From Candidatus Multivorans sp. (GTDB taxonomy: Bacteria > Acidobacteriota > Thermoanaerobaculia > Multivoradales > Multivoraceae), in the NCBI GenBank assembly GCA_965247095.1, contig OZ251997.1, forward strand, positions 1,696,001 to 1,760,000: a DNA stretch of 64,000 nucleotides. The letters run 5' to 3'. Position numbers and translations under genes: made by a program. The notes beneath the pieces were generated by a model. It worked only from the letters and a program-made list of their open reading frames with translations. It had not been told where the DNA came from and made no database searches. Below are positions 17,802 through 28,075 of the stretch, in pieces; the first letter of the stretch is position 1; the number at the start of each line of letters is the position of its first letter.

Positions 17802-18060
17802 AGTAGGCCCGCCGTTTTCCAGGAGGCGTGAAGACGGACGCCTCGCACGCGCCGCCGATCTGATCGATGTCGTTCATGACCGTGGACTCGGTGATACGAG
17901 GGCAGCCCCAATTCCGTGGGGATTGCAACCTGGGTTGCCCAGAGGCTGGCTCCCGCGGTTTGAATCCGACGATGCCTTGACGTAACGTCCACCCGTCGCG
18001 CTCGCTCGGCGCCGGCACCCGGCCGCTCCGGGATCCCCGATGACAGCCACGCATAGCAAC

Positions 18061-19374
18061 ATGAACGAGCCAAAGCTCATCCAGCTTCGGAGCGTCGAGG
18101 TCGAGGGCCTCTTCGGGATCTACGACCACCGCGTCGATCTCAATCAAGAGGACCGCGTCACTCTCCTGCATGGGCCGAACGGTGTCGGGAAGACACATAC
18201 GCTCGGAATGATCAACTCGCTTCTCGGCGGGGACACCAGCTACTTCCGGCGGGTACCCTGCAACCGGTTCAGGCTAACGTTCGCGAACAGCGCGGTCGAG
18301 TTGGCCGTCAAGTCAACTGGCGCACAAGCTCAACTCACGTTGACACAAGGCGGCGATTCCGAAACAGCCGAAATTCGCCTCCGTGCCGAAGCCGACGACA
18401 TCGCGCCACCCTACCTGCCGCTTCCGCCTTCCCTCGACGAACTTCGCGAAGGAGAACTTTCTTCCAAGGGCAAGCTCCTGGGGTTGCTCGCGTCCACTCG
18501 TGGCACCCCCGATTCGGGACTCCCGCCGTGGTTTCAAGCGTTCCTTGAGAACGCCAGCGTCCACTTCATCGAAACCCAACGCCTAGTGCGCTCCAGACCG
18601 AATCCAAGGGCTTGGTCCAATCCTTGGTCCAACCCTCGGTTCAGCGACTCCGCGGTGCCGACTGTATTGGAACGAAGCCGGGAATTCGGCGAGCGACTTC
18701 GCGAGACAATGGCGAGTTACGGCAGACAGGCACAGGTGTTGGACCAGACGTTCCCTCAGCGACTCGTGGCGGCCAGAGACAGCTTCCCTAGTGAGCAGCT
18801 TCAACAACGCATGACGGCCTTGAAGAGTGAGACGGATCAACTGAAGTCTCTCGGAATCCTGGACGAAGCCAGCGAGCAACCCAGTCACCGCCTGGATGTA
18901 AAATCTGAGTTGGACGACCCACAGGCCCGCGAGATGACGGCCCGGGTGATGACGCTCTATGTTCAAGACACGGAACGAAAACTCGAAGCTCTCGCCGATC
19001 TTTCGAGACGTGTGCGCAGCCTTTTGGACAGCATCAACGGAAAATTCAGACACAAGAGTCTACGAGTCGACCGCGAAGACGGCTTCGTGGCCGAGACCGA
19101 CTCCGGCACCAAATTGTCGCTCAGCTCGCTTTCGTCTGGCGAGCAGCATGAGTTGGTGTTGCACTACGACCTCCTGTTCCGAGCCAAGAGGAACACGATC
19201 GTACTCATCGACGAGCCTGAACTCTCGCTGCACGTCTCGTGGCAAAAGCGCTTTCTTCCCGACCTGCTGGAGTTCGCCAAGCTGTCCGCCTTCGACGCCA
19301 TCGTGGCGACCCACTCGCCCTACATCATCGGCGAGCGGGACGACCTCATGGTGGGGCTTGGCGACCAGGTCTGA
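18061..19374 (+). CDS. ABC-type (AAA_15/AAA_21) ATPase, AriA-like
   Basis: GPNGVGKT Walker A, LSSGEQ signature, LIDEPELSLH Walker B/D-loop, ATHSP H-loop; no transmembrane partner. Confidence 0.85.
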   Translation: MNEPKLIQLRSVEVEGLFGIYDHRVDLNQEDRVTLLHGPNGVGKTHTLGMINSLLGGDTSYFRRVPCNRFRLTFANSAVELAVKSTGAQAQLTLTQGGDSETAEIRLRAEADDIAPPYLPLPPSLDELREGELSSKGKLLGLLASTRGTPDSGLPPWFQAFLENASVHFIETQRLVRSRPNPRAWSNPWSNPRFSDSAVPTVLERSREFGERLRETMASYGRQAQVLDQTFPQRLVAARDSFPSEQLQQRMTALKSETDQLKSLGILDEASEQPSHRLDVKSELDDPQAREMTARVMTLYVQDTERKLEALADLSRRVRSLLDSINGKFRHKSLRVDREDGFVAETDSGTKLSLSSLSSGEQHELVLHYDLLFRAKRNTIVLIDEPELSLHVSWQKRFLPDLLEFAKLSAFDAIVATHSPYIIGERDDLMVGLGDQV

Positions 19375-19444
19375 CGGCCCACGGCGGCGGCCAACGGCAC
19401 AACGGCCGCAATACGCCCCGTCCCTTCCTCCGATAGAGACCGAG

Positions 19445-20287
19445 ATGCTGTTCGGCAACAAGACGCCAGGCGTCCTGGCAGCCGAAATCGAGATGCACCG
19501 CCAAGCGCACTCCGGGGCGTTTCTCGTCCTTGAAGGCAAAGACGACATGCGGTTCTGGAGGGAGCGGCGAGACAAGCACTGCGAACTCGTCGACGGTGAG
19601 GGGAAGCCAAACGTGGTTGGGGTACTGCATCACCTGGATTCGCGCGGCTTCAAGGGCGCCCTTGGCCTGGTCGATAGCGACTACGACAAGTTCACTGGTG
19701 TCCGGGCACCTTCAGCCAACCTCGTGGCGACGGATGCTCACGATCTGGAGTGTGTTCTCTGTCGCTCCAAGGCGCTCGGTGCCGTCCTCGCGGAATACGG
19801 TGACGCATCGAAGATCAAGCGCTTCGAAGACGCAACCGGTACCGATGTTCGACAGGCCCTCCTGGATCGGGCGCTGATCTTCGGCCGCGTCAGATTGGCG
19901 GCTACGCTTTGGAACACGACGGAAGTGATGCCCGAGACTAGCGTTCCGCGATTCGTGGACGAAGAAAGTTGGAGCGTGGACACCGACGCCCTCATCAGCG
20001 CTGTTGTCGACAGGTCCGCCCTGGATCGAAAGGCTTGGCAGGACCGCACAGAGGAGCTCCTGGATGAAGATCCCTGGTTTGTCGCACGGGGACACGACAT
20101 GATGGAGATCTTGCGAAGCGGACTAAGGCACGTCCTTGGGGACATGCCCAAGACCGTCGGCGTGAAGAGCATAGCCAGCGGGTTGCGGCTGGCGATGTCG
20201 CGGGAGTCGCTGGAAGCGACAGGTCTTTGGGAGGGAATACGGGCCTGGGAGGACGCGAATCCTCCGTTCGCGGTCCTTCCACAATGA
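19445..20287 (+). CDS. DUF4435 TOPRIM-like protein, AriB-like
   Basis: LVLEGKDD, GLVDSDYD, HDLE, RGHD motifs; immediately downstream of the ATPase. Confidence 0.75.
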   Translation: MLFGNKTPGVLAAEIEMHRQAHSGAFLVLEGKDDMRFWRERRDKHCELVDGEGKPNVVGVLHHLDSRGFKGALGLVDSDYDKFTGVRAPSANLVATDAHDLECVLCRSKALGAVLAEYGDASKIKRFEDATGTDVRQALLDRALIFGRVRLAATLWNTTEVMPETSVPRFVDEESWSVDTDALISAVVDRSALDRKAWQDRTEELLDEDPWFVARGHDMMEILRSGLRHVLGDMPKTVGVKSIASGLRLAMSRESLEATGLWEGIRAWEDANPPFAVLPQ

Positions 20288-20355
20288 CGAGCCAGCGGGT
20301 TTCGGAGTAGGCCCTCGCCGGACGTCGACTCAACCTCCTTCAGGTAGTCAGGCCG

Positions 20356-21471
20356 CTACGGTCGGACTTCGTAGTACAGGTTCGCCGGGTCGTCGAAGTC
20401 GTGCATCCGGAAGCGCGTGAAGCCGCCTTCACGCACCATGCGCTCCGCCACCGCCGGGTTGAAGCCCAGGGTTCCGAGGCCGAGGCCGTCCGGTTCGGAG
20501 AGAGCGGACGACATGCAGGCCGAGACGGAGAAGCCGTAGAGCAGCGCGAGCATCGGGTTGCGGAGGTTGTCCTCGAACCGGGGGCTGCTGCGGATGTCCT
20601 TGATCAACCAGGTGCCCTCGTCCCGGATGGCGCCGCGGATGGCGGAGATCACCCGATCCGGCCGCGTCATGTCGTGAATGCAGTCGAAGGTGACGACCAG
20701 GTCGAAGGTCGGCGCCGCCGGCAGATCCTCGCCGCGCGCGACCCGCCACTCCGCGTTGGCGACGCCGGCTTCCCGGGTGCGCTCGCTGGCGATCTCGATC
20801 GCGTGCTCGGACGGGTCGTAGCCGACGAAGCGCGAGGCCGGGAAGGCGCGGGCCAGGGAGAGGAGCGCCACGCCACCGCCGCAGCCGACATCGACGACAT
20901 CGATCCCGGACTGGAGCCGTTCCTCGACGCCGTCGAGCGTCGGGATGATCCGCGGCACCAGCGCCTGCCGCGTCCACGGACCGAGCATCCGCTCGGTGCG
21001 ATGAGCGGCGCAGGGGCCGAGCTGCTGATACGAGAGGCCGACTCCGGTCTTGAACGCCTCCGCCAGGCCGTCGATCACGGCGTGGTCGGGCGGGTAGCCG
21101 AAAGCGCCGGCGGCAAAGGCCACGGACCGCTCTTCGTCGGCCAGTACCGCGGCCGCCACGTCGCTGAATTCGAACCGGGGCTCGCCACCATTCTCTGCCG
21201 CGTGGTAGTCGACCAACCCGGCCGCGCACTGGCCTCGCAACCACTCGAGCAGCCAGCGCTCCTTGAGCCCGCTCGCTTCGGCAAGTTCCGCCGCAGTCAC
21301 GGGCCCGAGGCCCCGAAGCGTCCGGTAGATCCCCAGACGATCGCCGAGATGGATCATCAGGGAGACCAGCTCGCCCTGTTTGTACTTCCACACCTTCAGG
21401 GCGAAGGCGCTGACCTGGTCCGGGTCGAGTCGACCGTAAAGGCTCCGCGTTTCGCTGTCGTCGTCCGTCAT
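20356..21471 (-). CDS. Class I SAM-dependent methyltransferase with N-terminal winged HTH (Rv2258c-like)
   Basis: LGDRLGIY..L, ERWLLEWL, VDVGCGGG, FDCIHDM. Confidence 0.88.
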   Translation of the reverse strand: MTDDDSETRSLYGRLDPDQVSAFALKVWKYKQGELVSLMIHLGDRLGIYRTLRGLGPVTAAELAEASGLKERWLLEWLRGQCAAGLVDYHAAENGGEPRFEFSDVAAAVLADEERSVAFAAGAFGYPPDHAVIDGLAEAFKTGVGLSYQQLGPCAAHRTERMLGPWTRQALVPRIIPTLDGVEERLQSGIDVVDVGCGGGVALLSLARAFPASRFVGYDPSEHAIEIASERTREAGVANAEWRVARGEDLPAAPTFDLVVTFDCIHDMTRPDRVISAIRGAIRDEGTWLIKDIRSSPRFEDNLRNPMLALLYGFSVSACMSSALSEPDGLGLGTLGFNPAVAERMVREGGFTRFRMHDFDDPANLYYEVRP

Positions 21472-21613
21472 GCGAGTTTCTCCTCGGCTTGGAGGGGTGG
21501 CCCGACGCCGGTGCCGCCGCGCCGGAAACGGCCGCACGGTATCATTCGCGGCTCGCGCCAACGGCCCCGTCCGGGCCCTGTTTCGCGATATCCAGGAACT
21601 CAGGAGATTGCCG

Positions 21614-23374
21614 ATGCCAGCCAAACCCATCACCGTCCCGATGCCGATTCTCCGACTCGCGACCGGAACGCTTGCGCTGGCGCTCCTGCCGGTCCCGCTC
21701 GCGGCTCAGGAGGAAGGTGTGGCGGCGGCGCCGCAAACCCACTGGACGGCGACCGACGCTGTAGGCGATGGCGCCGGACCCGTCGAGCAATCGCTGCTCG
21801 AGGCGGCGCCGACCCGGGAGTCCTGGCTCCACTACGGCGGCAACTACGGGAGCTGGCGCCACTCGCCGATCACCGAACTGACATCGGAGAGCGCCTCCAG
21901 GCTGCGGCTGGCCTGGATCGCCCAGACCGGCGTCTCGGGCCAGCTTGAGTCCTCGCCCGTGGTCTACGACGGCGTCCTCTACCTGACCTCGTCGATGAAC
22001 CGCCTGCTCGCCTACGACGCCGGCGACGGCAGTCTGCTGTGGCGCTACGACCACCAGAACCCCTCCGATCTGCGCATCTGCTGCGGACCGGTGAACCGGG
22101 GCGTGGGCATCTCCGGAGATGTGGTCGTCATGGGCACCCTGGACGCCCGGCTGCTCGCCTTCAACCGCAAGAGCGGCGAGTTGCTCTGGAACACCGAGGT
22201 CGAGCCCTACGCCTCCGGCTTCTCGATCACCTCGGCGCCCCTCATCGCAGAAGGCGTGGCTGTAATCGGCATCGGCGGCGGCGAGTACGGGGTGCGCGGC
22301 TTCTTCGACGGCTACGACGTCGAGACCGGCAACCGGCTCTGGCGCCACTACACGGTGCCCGACGACGGCCAGCCCGGCGTCGAGACCTGGGCCGGCGATT
22401 CGTACAAGACCGGCGGCGCCCCCACCTGGGCCACCGGCAGCTACGACCCGGCGACCAGGACCCTGTTCTGGACCACAGGCAATCCGTCTCCCGACTGGAA
22501 CGGCGACACGCGCGAGGGCGACAACCTGTACAGCGACAGCGTTCTGGCGGTCGACATCGCAACCGGCGAGCGCAAGTGGCACTTCCAGTTCACGCCCCAC
22601 GACGTCTGGGACTACGACGGCAACTCGGAGGTGTGGCTGGTCGACGTGCAGGTCAACGAGCAGAGCATCCCCGCCCTCGTCCAGGCGAACCGGAACGGCT
22701 ATTTCTACGTCCTGGACCGGCGTGACGGCGGCTTCCTGCATGCCAGCCAGTACGTCCACCAGTTGAACTGGGCGACGCTGGACGAGAATGGCCGTCCCGT
22801 GGTCAACCCGGCGATGATGCCCGCCGACGAGCCGACCCAGCGGGTCTGCCCGGGCCTCGCCGGCGGCAACAACGCGGCCTACGCCGGCGCCTACAGTCCG
22901 GTCACGGGCCTGGCCTACGTGCCGACGATCGAGAGCTGCATGATGTTCCGCAAGGGCCTCGTCGTCTTCGTCGAGGGCATCCCCTTCTTCGGCGGCGAAC
23001 CGATTCCGTCCGACACCGCCGAAGGCAAGTCCTACGGCCACCTGTCGGCCATCGACGTGAGCACCGGCGAGACCCGCTGGAGCTACCGGGATCCGACGCC
23101 GATGCTCGCCGGCGTGCTCAGCACCGAAGGCGGTCTCGTCGTCACCGGCAACGCCAGCGGTCACCTGCTCGGTTTCAACGCCGAGACCGGCGACGAGGTG
23201 TGGCGCTACCAGACCGGCTCCGGCATCCGCAGCCATCCGATCGCCTACCAGCACGATGGGCGGACCTTCTTGGCCGTCGGCTCGGGCGGCGGCGGCATCG
23301 TCCAGACGACGGTCGGCACCGCTCCGTCCCTGCCGGAGGGCAGCGTCCTGCTGGTCTTCGAACTCGCTCAGTGA
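21614..23374 (+). CDS. PQQ-dependent alcohol dehydrogenase, methanol/ethanol family, lanthanide-type motif
   Basis: ICCGPVNRG vicinal disulfide, GGEYGVRG, GNPSPDW, TPHDVWDYDG, ANRNGYFYVLDR; RBS aggag. Confidence 0.9.
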   Translation: MPAKPITVPMPILRLATGTLALALLPVPLAAQEEGVAAAPQTHWTATDAVGDGAGPVEQSLLEAAPTRESWLHYGGNYGSWRHSPITELTSESASRLRLAWIAQTGVSGQLESSPVVYDGVLYLTSSMNRLLAYDAGDGSLLWRYDHQNPSDLRICCGPVNRGVGISGDVVVMGTLDARLLAFNRKSGELLWNTEVEPYASGFSITSAPLIAEGVAVIGIGGGEYGVRGFFDGYDVETGNRLWRHYTVPDDGQPGVETWAGDSYKTGGAPTWATGSYDPATRTLFWTTGNPSPDWNGDTREGDNLYSDSVLAVDIATGERKWHFQFTPHDVWDYDGNSEVWLVDVQVNEQSIPALVQANRNGYFYVLDRRDGGFLHASQYVHQLNWATLDENGRPVVNPAMMPADEPTQRVCPGLAGGNNAAYAGAYSPVTGLAYVPTIESCMMFRKGLVVFVEGIPFFGGEPIPSDTAEGKSYGHLSAIDVSTGETRWSYRDPTPMLAGVLSTEGGLVVTGNASGHLLGFNAETGDEVWRYQTGSGIRSHPIAYQHDGRTFLAVGSGGGGIVQTTVGTAPSLPEGSVLLVFELAQ

Positions 23375-24189
23375 CCCGACCGGCGCCGCTGGCCGGTGTG
23401 CTGTCGATCCTCCTCTGGGCGGTCGTTCCCGCCCAGGCGGAGGACCTGCGCGTCTGCCTGCTCGAGGACGACCTGCCGCGCGCCGACCGCGCCGACGCCT
23501 CCGGCTTCGACCACGACCTGTTCAGGGAGGCGGCCCAGCGCCTCGGGCGCGACTTTGTGCCCGTATGGCGCCCGAACGCCCCGCCCTACTCCGAGATCGA
23601 CGACACGGACCTGCCGCTCGACGATCTTGTGGCCGGCGACTGCGATCTTGTGCCCTCGGTGCCCGGCGAGCTGGCGCTGGGGCGGCTGCGAACAGCACTC
23701 GACCTCACGCCGCCGTACTACGCGGCCACCTTCGAGATCTACATGCCCGCCGCGGAGAGCCTTGAGTGGGACCGCCTGGCAAGCGCCTTCGCCGACCGCA
23801 AGGTCGCGGTCCGGCTCCAGTCGCTCGGTCACTTCGCGGCCCAGGCCCTGGGTCTCGACTGGACCTCGCAGCCGACCGCGGCGGATGTGGCAGCGGCCGT
23901 GGACGACGGTCGGGCCGTCGCGGCGCTGATCTGGGGCCCCGCCCTGGCGCGCCTTCAGAGGGCGCCGGTCAGCGGGTTCGAGCCTCCCACCGGCCTGCGC
24001 TTCAACGAGCACGCGGCCGTGCGGGCCGGCGACCGCCTCGGCCCCGAGATCGAGCGAGTGCTCGACGACCTGCGGCGCGACGGCACGCTGGATCGACTTG
24101 CCGCCCGGTACGGCATCTTCCGAACCCAACCCTTCACCACCGTGTCGTCGCCGGCCGCGATCCGCGCGCTGGGCGTCGGCGGCGAGTAG
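23371..24189 (+). CDS. Periplasmic binding protein, XoxJ/MxaJ-like
   Basis: Signal peptide, LRVC, GFD.DL, TPPYY, ALIWGP; GTGA overlap with the dehydrogenase stop. Confidence 0.7.
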   Translation: MTRPAPLAGVLSILLWAVVPAQAEDLRVCLLEDDLPRADRADASGFDHDLFREAAQRLGRDFVPVWRPNAPPYSEIDDTDLPLDDLVAGDCDLVPSVPGELALGRLRTALDLTPPYYAATFEIYMPAAESLEWDRLASAFADRKVAVRLQSLGHFAAQALGLDWTSQPTAADVAAAVDDGRAVAALIWGPALARLQRAPVSGFEPPTGLRFNEHAAVRAGDRLGPEIERVLDDLRRDGTLDRLAARYGIFRTQPFTTVSSPAAIRALGVGGE

Positions 24190-24216
24190 CAGCCGTATGG
24201 ACCAAACGCCTTGACC

Positions 24217-24747
24217 ATGACCAGCGAACCACGAACCGAGCCCATCCGGCGCGCACCGCTCACGCGACTGGTCCTGCCTGTCCTGCTGGCCGCGTGTGCA
24301 ACCGGCGGCGGACCGGCCGCCGACCAGCCCGTCGCCCCGGCTCCAGGCGACGCACAGTCCGCGGCATCCGCGCAGCCGGAACCCGCCGGAAACGCGGCCG
24401 CGGCCACCGAAGCCACGGCCGCGAAGCCAGCGGCAGCAACGGCTGCGACGAGTTCTTCTCCCGTCGCCGCCTACCTCGACGATCCCGGAGCACTCACGGC
24501 CGGCCGGCGCATGTTCCGGGCCGTCTGCACCGGTTACTGCCACTCCACGCAGCCGGGGGTCACGAAGGACGCGCCCAACCTCTTCGACTGCAACTGGCAG
24601 CACGGAAGCGAGGACGCCGATCTCTTCCGCGTGATCACCAAGGGTGTCCCCAACACGGAGATGCTCCCGTTCGGGGGCAAGATCCCCGACGACACGATCT
24701 GGCAGGTGATTGCCTATGTGCGCTCGAACGGCATGGACTGCGGCTGA
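24217..24747 (+). CDS. c-type cytochrome lipoprotein with CX3CH heme motif
   Basis: Lipobox LLAAC, Ala/Pro linker, CTGYCH, APNL.D..WQHG, distal Met in EMLPFG. Confidence 0.8.
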   Translation: MTSEPRTEPIRRAPLTRLVLPVLLAACATGGGPAADQPVAPAPGDAQSAASAQPEPAGNAAAATEATAAKPAAATAATSSSPVAAYLDDPGALTAGRRMFRAVCTGYCHSTQPGVTKDAPNLFDCNWQHGSEDADLFRVITKGVPNTEMLPFGGKIPDDTIWQVIAYVRSNGMDCG

Positions 24748-24898
24748 TTCCCCCATTGGCTGAACCGACTCCGGCCGTCTGATCAGGTAGCGGCCGGCCC
24801 TTCCTCGCGCCGGAATCAAGGGCGGCGATCGCTGGTTCCCGAGAACAGAACGAAGCAGTCCTTGCCAAGGAGGGCTGATCGCTCAAGTTGTCGAAACC

Positions 24899-25620
24899 AT
24901 GCTCTACCTCAAGCCAACTTCCGGCCGCCACCGCACTCTGGGCGCCCTGGCGGCGGTCCTCCTGGAAACTGCCATGACTCCGATCGCTGTTGCTCAGAGC
25001 GGGAACTCCCCGGCTCACGCTCGCCACCAGCCCGTCCCGGATCTTCCACTTGCCATCTCCAGTTTCGGCGCGGCAGTCCAGGGTGGCTCGCTCTACGTCT
25101 ATGGCGGTCACATCGGCAGGCAGCACGTCCACTCGTTCGAGAACTTGAGCCAGCTCTTCCTGCGCTACCCGCTGGCGCCCGAACCGAGCGGGCCCTCGCC
25201 GGGCTGGCTGGCCCTACCGCCAGGTCCACCGCTCCAGGGCACGGCCCTGGTCGAGTACGGCCGAGCCATCTATCGGGTCGGCGGCATGCGCGCGAACAAC
25301 CCGAGGCGGGAGCCGAGCGAGCTGTACTCCGTGCGCAGTGCGGCCCGCTTTCTGCCCGCGGAGAATCGCTGGGAGCGGCTTCCGGAGCTTCCAGCCGGCC
25401 GGTCTTCGCACGGCCTCGCGATCGTCGGCGACCAGCTCGTCGTCGCCGGGGGGTGGGAGCTCCGGGGCTCAGTCGAGGATCCCCTGTGGGAACGAACCGT
25501 GATGGCGCTCGACCTGAGGAAGCTGGACAGCGACGCCGGCGGCGAGTGGAACGAACTGACGGAAACGCCGGTAGGCGTGCGCGCCAACGCCGCCGTCGGC
25601 CTCAACGGCAAGTGGCCCAC
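24899..25620 (+). pseudogene. Kelch-repeat secreted protein, C-terminally truncated
   Basis: Kelch blades (SSFGAAV..LYVYGG, IYRVGG, RSSHGLA..LVVAGG) break off at AAVGLNGKW and run into a TonB receptor fragment. Confidence 0.6.
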
Positions 25621-25629
25621 GTCCCGGCA

Positions 25630-26742
25630 TCTCTACGCGACACGCCCGGACAGGTCTCGATCGTCACCGACGAGGACATCGAGGACCATCTGCTCGAGGA
25701 CATGGCGGACCTGGTCAAGTACGAGCCCGGTGTCTACGTGGAGGGAGACTCCACCAGACTGGGTCTCAACGGATTCAACATCCGCGGCATCGGCGGCAAC
25801 CGCGTCCTGACCCAAGTCGATGGCGTTCCGACCGCGGAGCAGTTCGACTTCGGGCCCTTCAACGTCCATCAGCAGGCGATCGATATCGACACGCTGAAGT
25901 CCGCCGAGATCGTCCGTAGCGCGGGCTCGGCGCTCTACGGGAGCGACGCGGTCGGCGGCGTGATCTCCCTGATCACCAAGAACCCCTCGGACTACCTCGG
26001 TAGCGGTACTGGCGACCGACACCCAGGATCGGAATCGGGTGTCGATCGAGCAGTCGGTGACCGACCGCGGCGCCGTCGATCAGTGGAGATGGAGGATCCA
26101 CACGCAAAGCGTGGACACAACGCAAAACGTCGCGGAACACCGCCTGGTCGCCGCGTTCGGCCCTCCGATCGAGACGAACCGAAACGGCGAACTGACGTTC
26201 GAGCAAGAGACCTTCAGCGCTGAGCTCAATGGGCTCGTCGAGACCGGAACCGACGACTCCTTCAGCACCGCCTTCTACTTCGGCGCCAGCCTGGAAGCTG
26301 ACGCCGTCTCGCCCAAGCTCGGCGCCGCGGTCGAGCTGCACGAACGGATGACGCTAACCGCCCAGTACGCGGCCGGTTTCCGTGCGCCGCCCTACAGCTC
26401 GATCAACACGGGTTTCGCGAATCTGGCGGCCGGCTATCAGACCATCGCCAACTCCGGCCTCGACCCAGAGATCAGCGACAACTTCGAACTCGGTCTGCGT
26501 TGGAGCTCCGGCGGCACGAGCTGGAGCGTCAACGGGTTCCGCAACAACTACGACGACTAGACCTGGTCGCGTTCTTCGATCTGCCGGCCGACATGAAGCT
26601 GCGCATCGGTGTACTGAACGCAACGGATGAGGCGTACTTCGAGTCGTGGCAGGTGCGCGGCCGTCAGGCGAGCGATCCGCGCCTGCTCCTCTACTCGAGC
26701 CCGGGCCGGAACGTGGTCGCTTCGCTGACGACCAACTGGTAG
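25630..26742 (+). pseudogene. TonB-dependent heme/hemoglobin-type receptor remnant
   Basis: Plug (FNIRGIGGNRV, SALYGSDAVGGVI), FRAP and C-terminal PGRN..LTTNW segments lie in different frames with a stop; only about 1.1 kb. Confidence 0.8.
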
Positions 26743-26842
26743 CTGCTCCCCAGCTCAGTGCTTCGGTGCGGGCGCCCAGGCCGCACCGAGACCCAAGGCC
26801 CCGGCGCGTCCTCCGGACTGGCTGCTACCGTTGGCCTCGCCG

Positions 26843-28075
26843 ATGAGCAGGAGGTGGAACAAAGCGCCACCGGTCACACGCCGCCAAGCGGTGGCGGCAG
26901 CAGGCGCCGCGGCGACACTGCCGTTCGCCGCCTCTCCCATCCTCGCCCTCCAGCCGTTTGGAACCGCCGAACGGTCGCTGCGCATCGAAGAGATGGAACT
27001 CACCTCGGTTCGCGTGAGCGAACGGACGGCGTGGATGTTCGTTCACGTGCGCACGAACCTCGGGCTCTCGGGTCTCGGCGAGTGCTCGCTCGGCAACCGG
27101 CGCGAACTGCCCGCCCTCGAGGAGGCATTCGAGGCCGCCCGCGGCCGCTCGCCGTTCGACATCGAGGCCTACCGCGCCGCCGGACGCGAACGGGCGAAGG
27201 CCGGCGGCATGTTCGAGGCGACCGCCTTCTCCGCGATCGAGCAGGCGCTCTGGGACCTCGTCGGCAAAGCCGTCGACGCACCCGTCCACCAGTTGACCGG
27301 CGGCCTGCTGCGCCAGAGCCTGCCCGCCTACGCGAACATCAACCGCGCCACCCGAGATCGCACCCCGGCCGCGTTCGCCGCGAACGCCAGCGCCGCGGTC
27401 GAAGACGGCTTTGCGGCGATCAAGGCCGCCCCCTTCGACGGCTTCCCCGCGCTCGACGCACCGGCGTCGGAGGTGGCCGCGGCCGCCGACCTCGGCGTCG
27501 CCTGCGTTGAGGCGATCCGCGCCGCGGTCGGACCGGACGTGGACATCCTGATTGACTGCCACAGCTTCTTCGATGTCAACCTGGCGATCGACGTGGCCCG
27601 GCGGCTGGAACCGCAGAACCTCTCCTGGTACGAGGAGCCGGTCGCCCCCGCCGACGTGGCCGCGACAGTGGCGATCGAGCGTGCGATCGAGCAGCGCATA
27701 GCCGGCGGCGAGTTTCTGTTCGGCATCGAGGGCTTCGGCCCGCTGTGCCGGGAGCAGGCCGTCGACGTGATCATGCCCGACGTCAAGCACTGCGGCGGGC
27801 TGCACGAGGCGCGCAAGATCGCCGCCATCGCCGAACTCGACGGCGTCGCCGTATCGCCGCACAACCCGAGCGGCCCGGTCGCCACCGCCGCCTCCGCCCA
27901 GCTCTGCGCCGGCTTGGCCAACTTCGAGATCCTCGAGATGCAATGGGGCGAGGCCGCGTGGCGCGGCGACCTGGTCGAGCCGCCGGAGCGCTTCGAGAAC
28001 GGCTCGATCGCGGTGCCGGAGGGCGCCGGCCTCGGCGTCGAGCTGAACGACGCGGTGGCACGCCAGCACGCCTGA
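26843..28075 (+). CDS. Mandelate racemase/enolase superfamily enzyme (galactonate dehydratase-like) with Tat-like leader
   Basis: SAIEQALWDLVGK, IDCH, WYEEP, AGGE, PDVKHCGG, SPHNPSGP; N-terminal TRRQAV. Confidence 0.85.
   Translation: MSRRWNKAPPVTRRQAVAAAGAAATLPFAASPILALQPFGTAERSLRIEEMELTSVRVSERTAWMFVHVRTNLGLSGLGECSLGNRRELPALEEAFEAARGRSPFDIEAYRAAGRERAKAGGMFEATAFSAIEQALWDLVGKAVDAPVHQLTGGLLRQSLPAYANINRATRDRTPAAFAANASAAVEDGFAAIKAAPFDGFPALDAPASEVAAAADLGVACVEAIRAAVGPDVDILIDCHSFFDVNLAIDVARRLEPQNLSWYEEPVAPADVAATVAIERAIEQRIAGGEFLFGIEGFGPLCREQAVDVIMPDVKHCGGLHEARKIAAIAELDGVAVSPHNPSGPVATAASAQLCAGLANFEILEMQWGEAAWRGDLVEPPERFENGSIAVPEGAGLGVELNDAVARQHA

Noticed and set aside
17810-18040. Short minus-strand coding remnant (MNDIDQIGGACEASVF)
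   Set aside because: Too short to assign and no recognisable family
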